In this document: piece by piece, positions 1 through 11,063 of the stretch | How the letters are laid out: every line of letters begins with the position of its first letter | How positions within the stretch are numbered: the first letter of the stretch is position 1 | From: Tubulanus polymorphus | Lineage: Eukaryota > Animalia > Nemertea | Assembly (NCBI RefSeq): GCF_964204645.1 | Contig: NC_134026.1 | Span: 7,835,950 to 7,899,949 of the forward strand | DNA length: 64,000 nucleotides | Direction of reading: 5' to 3' | The notes under the pieces: model-generated | The model's database searches: none | Told to the model about the DNA's origin: nothing | What the model saw: the letters and a program-made list of their open reading frames with translations, nothing else | Translations under genes and position numbers: made by a program

Positions 1-137
1 AGTAATTCTAACAGCTGTTTTAATGAGTAAATTGAAAATGAAACCATTCAAGAAAGCATTATAATCAACTTTTAATGCGCTCTTGATTTTTATATATTAG
101 ATGTAATATTTCTAATATCCTATAGTCACTCATCTAA

Positions 138-362
138 TTATTCGATTAATTTACTAATCTGATTCAATAACTTTTTATTTTTATTTTTATGATTTCCATT
201 TAACTTCTTTAATTTCTTACTTAATATCATATTTTCATTCATCAGATCTTTACTGATATTCTCATAATAAAAACATAATGCAGCCAATATTACACCTCCA
301 GCAACTAAATAATGTTTTAAATCACTTTTTCCAGTTGGAATGCTGAAATTATTCTCATCCAT
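138..362 (-). CDS. Hypothetical 74-aa protein with one hydrophobic segment (LVAGGVILAALCFYY) and a basic coiled-coil-like tail; part of the virus-like segment
   Basis: ORF track; start context aaTAAATG; lies in the AT-rich packed-ORF block. Confidence 0.35.
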   Translation of the reverse strand: MDENNFSIPTGKSDLKHYLVAGGVILAALCFYYENISKDLMNENMILSKKLKKLNGNHKNKNKKLLNQISKLIE

Positions 363-462
363 TTATTTAAGAAAGAAAAATAAAAGATTGATAAGTAATT
401 TGAAAATATTAATATACTATATATTGGAAATTTTCCAATTACTCATACAGCTTTATCTTATT

Positions 463-615
463 TCAAAATATAGAGTTATTATTCTTTCCATAATTGATAT
501 GTTTAATTGTCTGATAATGTTTTGATTTATGTGATTTTAAATATTTGCCTCCACAATAACAATACACTTTCTCATTAGGATTAAACTTTTTAAATTCATC
601 ATCTAAATTACACAT
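463..615 (-). CDS. 50-aa zinc-finger-like micro-ORF (below the ORF-track cutoff)
   Basis: Manual translation: MCNLDDEFKKFNPNEKVYCYCGGKYLKSHKSKHYQTIKHINYGKNNNSIF*. The CxCGGKY...H..H.....KH pattern resembles C2H2-like fingers common in Polinton/NCLDV small proteins. Confidence 0.45.
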   Translation of the reverse strand: MCNLDDEFKKFNPNEKVYCYCGGKYLKSHKSKHYQTIKHINYGKNNNSIF

Positions 616-1046
616 TGAATTCCAATATTTGATGAATTTTCATTATAGATGATTTGTTTATTATCAAAATTTAAATAAAATAGTTGTCGTTTTTCAATTC
701 ATAAGTCTATATCATTGTAACCTTTAGAAAGTATTAAATCGTCATTTCTTTCATTAAAAGGAATTTCAAGAATATTTACAATTTTATTCATCTAAATTAC
801 CTTCATAATTTAAAACTGTATTAAATACTTTAGGATTTTTGACGCCATTATCTAAAAAGTATCTATAAGTTCAGTAATTAAATATGTTTCATCTAATGAT
901 ATTTGATTAATTACAGTAATATTATCAATTCTATGTTGTCTTCCATACACTAAATTTGTTGCTAAGATATAATTTTTAATGTTAAATAATGAAAATAAGT
1001 TATTAGTTTCTTTTATTTCGATTTCAAATTTAGTTTCTTCTTCTTC

Positions 1047-1552
1047 CGGTGGTTAAAGTTCCTTAACCAGTGGTTAAAACCTTTATCCACTGGTTAGCCT
1101 CTTTTTCATTTGCCCAGCCTCACTCTGAAATTGGTCCCTCATATCATCAAAATGCAGTCTGTTTTGATTAATAATGGTAAGAAAATTTTAAAAGCCAATT
1201 TTACAGAAAAATATTGCAATGCTTGGTTGAAATGTTATATTCTAGCGTGACTTCTACATCTGTGGCCCCTTGCGTAAAAGTTGATCAGCTATAAAGTTTA
1301 TCCCATCTCTTTTCAAGACGCAATCTTTCTCTTAAACATTCATCCGAAAATTGATTTAGATGCTCGAATCACTGTAGATTTACTCTGTTGTAGCCGAATG
1401 CAGGCAGTAAAAAACTACGCTGGCCATTTTAACCACTGGTTAAGAACTTAACATCCATAGCCCCATGGGTCATAACTTTAAACAATGGTTAGGGTAAATT
1501 TTTGAGCAACCCGATCAAACCGACGGTTAACCAACCTTTGAGCAACCGGCCC
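1047..1552 (-). mobile_element. Truncated copy of the PIF/Harbinger-like MITE whose full copy is at 37257-37881
   Basis: Reverse complement matches 37257-37757. It retains one TIR (ttaaccaacctttgagcaaccggccc) next to CTG. Confidence 0.8.
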
Positions 1553-2324
1553 CTGCATGCTTACTCGAGTGCGATAACCATTATAATTACATTTGCTAAA
1601 ATGTTGGCTATAAGATAACAATCGGGTAAGTACGGTGGTAACAATGGACTTAGATTGTCACTAGGTTGACCAACTTTTTGAGCAACTGCAGCTCCGAACA
1701 TAAATGACCGACAAAGAGTGGAAGATTATGTCGGTGAGGTCTAATGAAAACATGGCATTATTCTGTAAAATGATGTTTTCTCGGAATGTAGGAAAAATGG
1801 CCGAGGTATTCACCTATGGGAAATAAATGGCCAAGGTAATTCATGAGATGAAACTAACTACTGGCCAAGTCCAATATGCAGCATTATAGTGCAGAGCTCA
1901 GACCACTATTCCAAAATCTTGTATATCCTATAGTAAAAACAAGAAATTCGAGATTTTAGTTCATATCTAAGCGCATAGATTCAGGGGAAATCCTGCTTAT
2001 GGCTCATGGCCACGCATTGAAGTGGTTTTTTTGTAAAAGAATCGCATCTGCTTTATTCATCTGCGAACTGCATCTAATCTTATCAGGCGCTCTGTAACCT
2101 AGAACAATCTCTTACAGCTCGGAATATCAGTGCTTCGTTCAAAACTGGGATCAAGGGTATGGGGTAGGACCAACTAAATCAATGAACCAAAAGGATGAGA
2201 TGGAAAATCATCCGTATATAAATATCTAACACGCTTTTCAAGTTGTATGAAGTAACAGCTACAAATAAATCATTTGTATAAGATTAATTTTTAACAGAGC
2301 GAATAGAAAATCGATTATTAATCG

Positions 2325-2891
2325 AAGCCAATTTTATAGAAAAAGATTGCAATGCTTGGTTGAAAGGTTATATTCTAGCGTGACTTTTTTGATGATAAAA
2401 ATATAACTTTATTTTCCCTCGAATTACAACACGAATATATACATACAAAGTTATATAAAAGAATACAAGGGTACTGTTATATATAAGTGTCATCATGGAC
2501 GCATAGACTAGTGTTAAGCTCTAGTCTATACGTCCATGGTGATATTCATGTTGTAATAAAAGGGCAGGGTCTTGGACATCTGTGAAATATCTTTACTTCT
2601 ACATCTGTGGTTCCTCGCGTAAAAGTTCAGCTAAAAAGTTTATCCCATCTCTTTCAAAACGCAATCTTTCTCTTAAACATTCATCCGAAAATTGATTTAG
2701 ATGCTCGAATCACTGTAGATTTACTCTGTTGTAGCCGAATGCAGGCAGTAAAAAACTACGCTGGCCATTTTAACCACTGGTTAAGAACTTAACATAGTCC
2801 CATGGGTCGTTTAACTTTAAACTATGGTTAGGGTAAATTTTTGAGCAACCCGATCAAACCGACGGTTAACCAACCTTTGAGCAACCGGCCC
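2325..2891 (-). mobile_element. Second truncated Harbinger-like MITE copy, carrying a nested 208-bp LINE 3'-end insertion
   Basis: Same sequence as 1195-1552 plus an insert; reverse complement of 27179-27740. Confidence 0.75.
2387..2594 (-). mobile_element. 5'-truncated copy (3' UTR only) of the LINE family at 28063-33186
   Basis: Reverse complement matches 33018-33186. It is flanked by a 4-bp ACTT/AAGT duplication, and the empty site is seen at about 1246-1262 (gcgtgacttctacatc). Confidence 0.8.
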
Positions 2892-3387
2892 CTGCATGCT
2901 AACTCGCGTGCACAGTAACCATTATTACATTTGCTAAAATGTTGGCTAAAGAAAACTATCGGGTAAGTACGGTGGTAACAATGGACTTAGATTCTCACTA
3001 GGTTGACCAACTTTTTGAGCAACTGCAGCTCCGAACATAAATGACCGACAAAGATTGGAAGATTGTGTCGGTGAGGTCTAATGAAAACATGGCATTATTC
3101 TGTAGAATGATGTTTTGTCGGAATGTAGGATAAATGGCCGAGGTATTCACATATGGGAAATAAATGGCCAAGGAAATTCATGAGATGAAACTAGCTACTG
3201 GCCAAGTCCAATATGCAGCTTTATAGTGCAGAGCTCAGACCACTATTCCAAAATCTTGTATATTCTATAGTAAAAACAAGAAATTCGAGAGTTTTGTTCA
3301 TATCTAAGCGCATAGATTCAGGGGAAATCCTGCTTATGGCTCATAGGCCAGCATCTTAGCTACGCGAAACAAATTTGTAATAAATGG

Positions 3388-4335
3388 TTATTTTACTGAA
3401 TTTCTACAGCGGATTTTCATACAGAAATATTCACGAATTTCTCGTCCCAATAAAAGATATATGTAGAAATTTACCACGTAGTTGCAAACATGGAATTGTG
3501 TGAAAATGTCATATAGAAAATATTTTTGTTCGGTTGAGATTGGTAAAAATACAGTAATAGTGGATGGAAGTGTAAATATTGCAAATGCGAGTGAAACTGT
3601 TATGAGCATTATTGTTGTACGTTTCGATTTCGTAGTTTTCTGATCAGATGAAACCATTTTTGAACCTCTGAATAACTGAAATATTATAACAACATTTGAA
3701 ATTATTATAAATGTTAACGGTAGATTGTACGCGTAGATAACAAATATGGAGAAATATGTTATTTGGTCGATTAATATATAGTAACATCCGAACGTTGGAT
3801 CCTTAAAATAGATCGAAAAAGTTGGTAGGAGATTTAGAACCAGTATATTCACTGAGATAATTGTCAACATAGCAAATCTAGCGAATCTTGGTGTACATAC
3901 CAAACGAGATGTGAACGGGAAGAGCACAACTGCCGCACGTTCTAGGGATATTGCTACTATTAACCACGAACTATTGGCATGTGTAAGTGCCATTACAAAT
4001 TCATAGATTTGACAACTGAGCACTGAATTTATGATAAATATAGGACCATATTTTACATGTAAGAGAACAAACTGTGAAACAGGCATTAGTGTATAATTGA
4101 GACAGTTCAAGGAATCGCAAACCGACAAAACGATAAGATAGTTAGCATAAGATAAACTGCGGAATCTGCGGCTCATCATCATCAGGAAAGCAGCTGAATT
4201 CCCGAAGGCCCCGAACAGAAACAAGACAGGCAGAACGACCAATGACACTGTTAGATAGGTTCCAGATCTGTCCACCACAGACATGAGAACGATGTAACTG
4301 TAAGTTCGACTGGTTTGAATCTGAGTTGAATTCAT
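3388..4335 (-). CDS. Orphan class A (rhodopsin-like) GPCR, cluster copy 1, 315 aa, single exon
   Basis: Seven hydrophobic segments; GN in TM1, LSxxD in TM2, SWLIVAISLERA in TM3, FAIFTLP in TM6, NFYIYLLLG in TM7. ATG of MNSTQ at 4335 matches the paralogs; the ORF-track start at 4464 is GTG upstream of a VNTR. Confidence 0.9.
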   Translation of the reverse strand: MNSTQIQTSRTYSYIVLMSVVDRSGTYLTVSLVVLPVLFLFGAFGNSAAFLMMMSRRFRSLSYANYLIVLSVCDSLNCLNYTLMPVSQFVLLHVKYGPIFIINSVLSCQIYEFVMALTHANSSWLIVAISLERAAVVLFPFTSRLVCTPRFARFAMLTIISVNILVLNLLPTFSIYFKDPTFGCYYILIDQITYFSIFVIYAYNLPLTFIIISNVVIIFQLFRGSKMVSSDQKTTKSKRTTIMLITVSLAFAIFTLPSTITVFLPISTEQKYFLYDIFTQFHVCNYVVNFYIYLLLGREIREYFCMKIRCRNSVK

Positions 4336-4354
4336 GATGCACGAGGAACCTATG

Positions 4355-4452
4355 AGTGTGTACTGACTGTTTGAGAGTGTACTGACTGTCTGAGAGTGTA
4401 CTGACTGTCTGAAAGTGTGCTGACTGTCTGAGAGTGTACTGACTGTCTGAGA
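4355..4452 (-). repeat. 19-bp VNTR (CAGACAGTCAGTACACTCT) immediately upstream of the GPCR ATG
   Basis: About 5 units here; the same repeat precedes copies at 18770-18842, 34450-34530 and 38290-38462. Confidence 0.8.
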
Positions 4453-6361
4453 ATGTTCTGGCACTGGCCGTATCTTCTCGTGTATTGGAAAAATTGATTT
4501 AACTTTAGTGCAAGGAAATCATTTAAGTCTTTATTACAGTATCAATTTATTATCAAGATTTATTGTTAACAACAAAAAGAAAATCAATTCTTAGAAATCT
4601 AATACAATTTAGACTCGGATAATGTCTATTATCATGAATACAAATATAACGAAATATCAATATTCGTTGCACTAAAATTCATTTTATGGTGAGATCTATA
4701 TGGTAAAACATCTTGCTTGCACAAATTCAATTTGTTCTGAGTGACGACAGAATGATATCACAAAGCTTTCTCTCAGTAAGAAGGCTGTTTCTAACTTTTT
4801 GATTACATAATTCAAAGAATAATCTCAAAAAGCGACATGTCAAATGATCAATACATTTGATTTTGTGATAGTTAATGAAATAATACTTAGTTTTCTATTC
4901 TATCTTCCATGAATTTTTTTCTTTGGCCAATTTTTCCTTGGCCATTTTTCCTACAATCCTTTGGGAGAGCCCTCCAGGAGAAGTTCTGCAATTTCTCAGC
5001 ATTTTATCTTAGACTTGTTAGTTCTCGAAAAAGGGTCTTTCTGATACTCTCGAATCTTAAAAAAAGAAAGAGCGACATATGCAACGTATCATAAGTAAGA
5101 AAAATAGCTGCAAACTTTTCATTTTATAATAGAACGATAAGGTTTGTTTCAGTAGATTATCCTGCTCGTAGTAACAACATTTGTACATAATCGAACCCCT
5201 GGTGCTCTTTTATTGCGATAAATGTCAGTCCAATAAAAATAGTTTCTCTAATCTTTAAGCTGTGGTAGGTTAAATAAACGGAGCTACATTCACACATTTT
5301 TTTCAATCGCTGACTGGTGGAAGAGGTTATTTTACTATTCGGTTCCTACTCCTTTCAATGAACTACCTTTTTAACATAGGAAACTCTCCATCTATTGGAA
5401 ACTTTTCTTTCAATAAACGTCTATCGTGATTAATTTTTAAATAACTAAATATATTTGAATTTGGCATATATCAGTTGGACTCGAACCCAATACATCCTCT
5501 CTTGCCAGTGTCCAGTTGCCTGGTGTAAAAGAATCGCATCTGCTTTATTCATCTGCGAACTGCATCTAATCTTATCAGGCGCTCTGTAACCTAGAACAAT
5601 CTCTTACAGCTGGGAATATCAGTGCTTCGTTCAAAACTGGAATCAAGGGTATGGGGTAGGACCAACTAAATCAAGCAGCAAAAGGATGAAATGGAAAATC
5701 ATCCGTATATAAATCTCTAACACGCTTTTCAAGTTGTATGAAGTAACAGCTACAAATAAATCATTTGTATAAGATTAATTTTTAACAGAGCGAATAGAAA
5801 ATCGAATTCCAAAAATCTAACACAGTTCACTCAATAGATTTTGTGAAAGATTATTACTTGGTGAAATATCAAACTAATTAGATTCAAGAATTCATTGTAA
5901 ATCGTGAAATTTCTTATAGCAAAGCATCTGTACTGGTTGGAAAATGTCTATCCATTCTTTCTATACAGGGCATGCCACAGGTCACAATAGTATCAGTTAA
6001 TTATTCAACTACCTAATACAAAGGTCGGTAGCTAGGAAATCTTGAAAAATCGCCTGGTGGGGAAGTTTACCTGCATGAATATTTGCGGATTTTTACCCAG
6101 GGGATTTTTATTAAGGGAATTTTTACCCACATTCCATAAATACGCAGAGAGATTATGAGTTATCAAGGGCAGTGTTTTGAAAGCCTCGATTCAAACCTGG
6201 TACCCCCTGCATGATAAACCGACCGTGCGTCACAATCACTACACCACAATATTGTAGCGACGGAAAAGTTTTGAAGATGAAATGATGGCATATTTTGTCA
6301 AAAGTTACGAGACGAGGTATTTTCCTGAGCAATAGGACACCTGTGTCCGGGTGCCATTTGA

Positions 6362-6490
6362 CCATGCCCATCCTCCCACGGCAGGTATTCGAACCGATGC
6401 CATCGCTACACTCAGCCACGGCACGAACTCGTACCGTGCAATCTCGATGCCATCAGGTTCGAATCCCTGCCGGGGGTGGATGGACCATGC
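6362..6490. repeat. Palindromic element with a tRNA B-box-like motif on each arm
   Basis: Left arm catcctcccacggcaggtattcgaaccgatgccatcg pairs with right arm cgatgccatcaggttcgaatccctgccgggggtggatg; central hairpin cacggcacga-ac-tcgtaccgtg. Confidence 0.6.
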
Positions 6491-9400
6491 CCTAGACGCA
6501 TCGGTGTAGATATATGTACATTAACGTTATATATGTCGTTCCTTCGTCATCTTAAGTTGGGCCGCGCAGCTGCGTGTGGTGAACCTATAGCGGCGCGTGC
6601 CGGCTGAACTCGAGACCCGGAATTTCTAAAATTCCCCGTTATCACCGCAAACAATAGAAATCCCATTAAAAACCATCTGATCGCAAACACGACATCTGTT
6701 CACACGAAACCATGAACACCTGGCCCTATAGGACGAGGACCTATAGAACGACGAGGACCTATAGATGTTCCGGTGAATTTGGTAATTCTATGCATGAACA
6801 AAAGAACGACAGCGCACGCGACTATTGTAAACCCAACAGCCGGCACGAGGCAGCTTGTGACAATGCCACGCGTATATCACCTGGCCCGCTGTTCCGCCGA
6901 CACCCAAATTATCTTTGTTCCCTTCCTGGTTTGGGGGTTGTATATCCTACACTATGCGGGTTTCGCATGTTTAGACCCGCAGCTAAAACAAATTCTCAGT
7001 ATTTGTTTTTATTCCGACGTCTATAGGCGAAAAAACAGATTGATGAATACGATTTTTTTCTGAAACTGAATTCATAACTTTCTTCTTCATTTTCTTACGT
7101 ATCTATATTAATTATCTACTAAGTAACGTATATAACACATTAAAATACAACCACAAATGCAATAATTGATTGTAATTGTAAGTCGTTATCTGCTGAGAAA
7201 AAACGGAACCACTTATTACTCAAGAGTTAAAACATGGAAATGAACTGCTTTTAATCCTACGGTCACGCTTAACCTCAACAATTCATCATCGGCCCTAATC
7301 ATAAATACTTTATCAGTTACAACACGAAGTTATAACTTCAATCTCGTAATGGCGTTGATACTCGGGTCCATCGCCATAGAAACCGCCCGGTCTCAACTCG
7401 TATTGAGCTACCAGCACCGCCTTGGTGCTTGAAATTTCAGAATACAAATAAACGAAGCTTAAACGAAACTTTGTAAAATACTTGCATAACGCTTTTGGGA
7501 GATCATCACATTCATATAAATATTCGTGTTTAAGTTATTAAGAATATTGGAACTGTTTTGATCGCTTTAAAATCACTTTAATAGTAGTTTATTCTTCATC
7601 AAAGTGTGTACTACACTTGTATGACAGATAATCAAAATTACAAATCTTCACATCGTGGGATTTAGAAAAATGTGACAGAATTATTAATTAGTGTTAATTT
7701 ACAGATAGTGTCGAGTGAGACCATGTGTACAGTGTGTTATACCCTCTAGGGGTAACACACAGGTGGCCCCCTGACAGACCACGTGACAAACACACACGCG
7801 CCATCACTTCCTTCCTGTTAATATTTCACGGTTCTATATCGAGGCTGCGATAATGACTAACTATTGTCTAGTAAAGAACCACTGCCGGTAAAACTTTCAA
7901 ACAATGGAGCGACTCGTGCCCGGCGCTCACAGCTGTTCGATCGCACCTCCTACAATACCGAGAGGGCTCATACGGGCTTAGTGTGGGCTCACACGGGTCC
8001 GATATCAAATATTGGGCGAGGCAGGTCTATCCGCCATGAATATGATAGAACAATAGGGCCGTCTTCACATTCCATATTTTTTCAGGATTCGAACCCAATT
8101 CGAAATCCATTACATACGCTTTGAATAGATTATATACGACCTTCGAAGGTCAGCGCTTTCTTGCGATAAACGTAAACCGGTTAGCCGTAAAAATCCCGTA
8201 GGTAAAAATCCCCAAAATTGATATATTCATACCGTACGGTGTATTAATATCACGAGCATACAAATTATTGCTACACATTAACAGTTCATTATTACTAAAT
8301 TTATAGGCCTTCTAAAAGTTATCGTACAGCTCAAATATATCGCAAGTTAAAAAGAGTTCATCGTACAATTCAAATCATTGCATACACTACGTAGTAGCTT
8401 GAATTTCAAATTAAAAGTTCATTATTTCTAACAATTAAATCGCATCGCGCAGTGAAATATACCCCAACTTAAAAAGATTCCACAACTCAAAAATATTCCA
8501 TTTCGAATTTAAGAATAGTAAAATGTTAATTAGAATTCTAACAATTTACTAGTTCTAAGAATTTATTTAAGAATTTATCGCAACGAAAGTGCTCATGGCA
8601 AATTTCAAATATATTGTGGTTTTATTGCAAATGACTAGAATTGGAGAAATATCTTGCTTTGAAATGTTCTTCACCAAGTGGGGATTTCAATGGGATTTTA
8701 CACAGGGATTTTTTTACTTCTACACCTACGTAAACCTCACGCTGCTACGGTATAAACATAATCCCCAAGATCGCGAAGGAAACCTGCCCCTAGAATGGAT
8801 AAAAACGTTTCTGTTGCATTCATGAGTGTTCTATGTAATGTTGGAATGTAATTCAAATGAAATATATATTCGATTTTCTATGAAAATATGAATGGTTCAG
8901 GAAAATCTGAATCTCGTAGCTTTTCGTGAATATATGAGATTCGTGAATATTGAAAACAACAATAAATGAAAAATGTTGTAGTAAATTAGCAGTTTCGCTG
9001 TAAATCAGTCTGCTAATTGTAACATCGACGGCACCTGCGCGCGCTGCTTGTTTTACACACCCCCAGTGCTGGTGACACTATGACGTCACCAAACTGTCAC
9101 CAAACTGCGTCGTTGTTTAGATATTAGTTACGATAATTAATTATTGATTGATCAGAAAAGATGACCGACCGTCGTCCAAGACTGAATAATTCAATATGTA
9201 TATTTATACTATTGATAAATATTAAATGAAGGTTTAAACAGTAACTAGGGCGTCGCCACAATAACACAGCGTACATGCCCGCACATTGTGTGCGTTTAAA
9301 AATCAATTTAATCTCATAAATTCCATACACTTGTAAAAGCTGAAACCAGTTCCACAGTTCTGGATCTGGTTGAACGGTTCTGGACTCTGTTCCACTCTGC

Positions 9401-10379
9401 ATCAGTTTCACAGTTTTGGATCCAGTTCCACAGTCGTAGATCCAGCTCCCTCGTTCACGACCCACTTTCACGGTTGCGGAAGGGCCCTGAGAACTGTGGT
9501 ACTGGGGTCCAGTTTAGAAACAGATTTTTAATCCACTCTTGAGAATGGTTTTTTAGGATAAAACCGAAAATTCGAGGTTTTCATAAATAGTTTTGACGTT
9601 TTAAAATCTCTTTCGAAATTGTGATTGTGGGACTCATATTTCAGATTTTTAATGCACTGCATATCAATCTGGGACCAAGTGATGGAATCATTTCTATCAT
9701 TATTGTCGGGGCCGTGGCTCTAGACGTTCAATTACGTTAAACGCGGCCGCACAACGTTTCCATAAGCGTTTGGTACACACAACGCTATCGCTGATGACAA
9801 ATATAATAATTATCCACGTTATCTGAATCGGTTGCTAGGATACGCGTTACAGACAGTATCCCGTAGGATACCCGGATGATGGGGAAGACCTAGAAAATAT
9901 CGATTCAAAGCTTGAGTGTTAGTGGCTAGATTATGGAACATATGGTGGGTTTGTGACGAACGTCCAGCCCATGAGCCCGTGAGAGCCCTCATGGGTTAGG
10001 TCGGCGCTATCGAGGGCTTTGTTTAGATAAAGAGCCGGCACGCGTCTGGCGCGCGAGTCTCGAGGTTTATGGGGCACAAAGGATTCGCTATTGTAATTGA
10101 GCAGATTAAAAGTGACAATGTATTGTCGAGCCGAGGCGAGTGCCGAGAACAAAGGGGACCCGGGATCGAGTCGTGAGTATTTAAACCGGGTGCTACATCC
10201 AGGATTCAATCATTCCTGATCGGATCCTCGCGAGGTTGACATCATCCGAGTCAGCGGAGAGCCTGTAACCAGCCGGCCAGCCAGCCGTGTGCTCCGGCAC
10301 TGTAACCTTGGAGTAATCAGACTGAATACTCCAAGCTGTAACATACTGCGAGGGTCGGCGGACGGCGGCTAACAGCGAG

Positions 10380-11063
10380 ATGGTGAAATTACCGATTAAA
10401 GATTGCTGTAGGGATAACTGGACTTGGAATCGTAACGATAAATCTCATGAAGTTCGCTTGATCGGATCACGCGCTAAAGTAGTCAAATTCCATCCGAACT
10501 GGAGCAACGGAACTGCCGGCATCCGAGGTAACCGATCTTTGAATAACGGCCGTCATTATTGGGAGATTAAGATCTCGCAGCGGGTTTTCGGAACGAGTAT
10601 GATGTTCGGTGTTGGTACCAAGCGCGCTCGTTTGCATATAGACGCGTTTATTAATTTACTGGGTGAAGATGATCAGAGTTGGGGATTGTCTCATAAAGGT
10701 ACTCTATGGCACAACGGCGAATGGACTCAGTATACGAAACCGTTTCGGGAAAATGAACCTGTCGTGATCGGTATGTTATTTGATTGGTATAAGGGAACAT
10801 TGACGTATTTTAAAGATGGCGTCAACCTCGGTGTAGCATTTTCCGGAATTAATCACGTGACCGATGATCTGTATCCGATAGTCTGTTCTACCGCCGCTAA
10901 GACCGAAATGACACTCGGGGTTCGACTGAGGACATTTCAGAGTTTGCAGGACCGCTGCCGAGCTGTCATCCTGACAGCTACGAGACCAACAACTGTCAAC
11001 ATCGATGTTCTGCCGCTGCCGAAACTGATCAAGAATTTCATCAAAGCCGGTGTTACGTCATGA
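10380..11063 (+). CDS. SPSB3: SPRY domain-containing SOCS box protein (SPSB3-like), 227 aa, uninterrupted ORF
   Basis: W.W...DKS, FHPNWSNGTAGIRG, HYWEI, FGTSMMFGVGT, LLGEDDQSWGLSHKG, LYPIVCSTAA SPRY motifs; C-terminal SOCS box SLQDRCRAVI...LPLPKLIKNFI. Confidence 0.88.
   Translation: MVKLPIKDCCRDNWTWNRNDKSHEVRLIGSRAKVVKFHPNWSNGTAGIRGNRSLNNGRHYWEIKISQRVFGTSMMFGVGTKRARLHIDAFINLLGEDDQSWGLSHKGTLWHNGEWTQYTKPFRENEPVVIGMLFDWYKGTLTYFKDGVNLGVAFSGINHVTDDLYPIVCSTAAKTEMTLGVRLRTFQSLQDRCRAVILTATRPTTVNIDVLPLPKLIKNFIKAGVTS

Larger units (their letters stand above)
1..1046 (-). mobile_element. Very AT-rich, decayed, densely packed small-ORF segment; putative Polinton/Maverick- or large-DNA-virus-derived fragment (continues beyond the left edge)
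   Basis: Minus strand carries back-to-back or overlapping short ORFs with ATGs at 791, 615, 362 and 133. They are intronless and Asn/Lys/Ile-rich, with scattered stops and frameshifts. Composition changes abruptly at about 1047, where a truncated MITE begins. Confidence 0.45.
3366..5805 (-). repeat. Inverted segmental duplication of 27750-28062 plus 33187-35520 (GPCR with upstream region), lacking the LINE
   Basis: Near-identical reverse-complement sequence over CDS and non-coding flanks. Confidence 0.9.

Noticed and set aside
604-791. Alternative genetic code (TGA=Trp) in the AT-rich segment
   Set aside because: Only one in-frame TGA, and neighbouring ORFs also have TAA stops and frameshifts; simple decay explains it.
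4336-4464. N-terminal extensions of GPCR ORFs (also 34432-34548, 40765, 43414, 59036)
   Set aside because: They start at GTG/TTG and run through a 19-bp (non-triplet) VNTR or TE remnant; paralogs agree on the MN(S/L)(T/S) ATG.
9081-9088. CRE palindromes TGACGTCA (also about 12194 and 15594) as SPSB3 regulatory sites
   Set aside because: Short motifs with no TSS information; cannot be supported from sequence alone.
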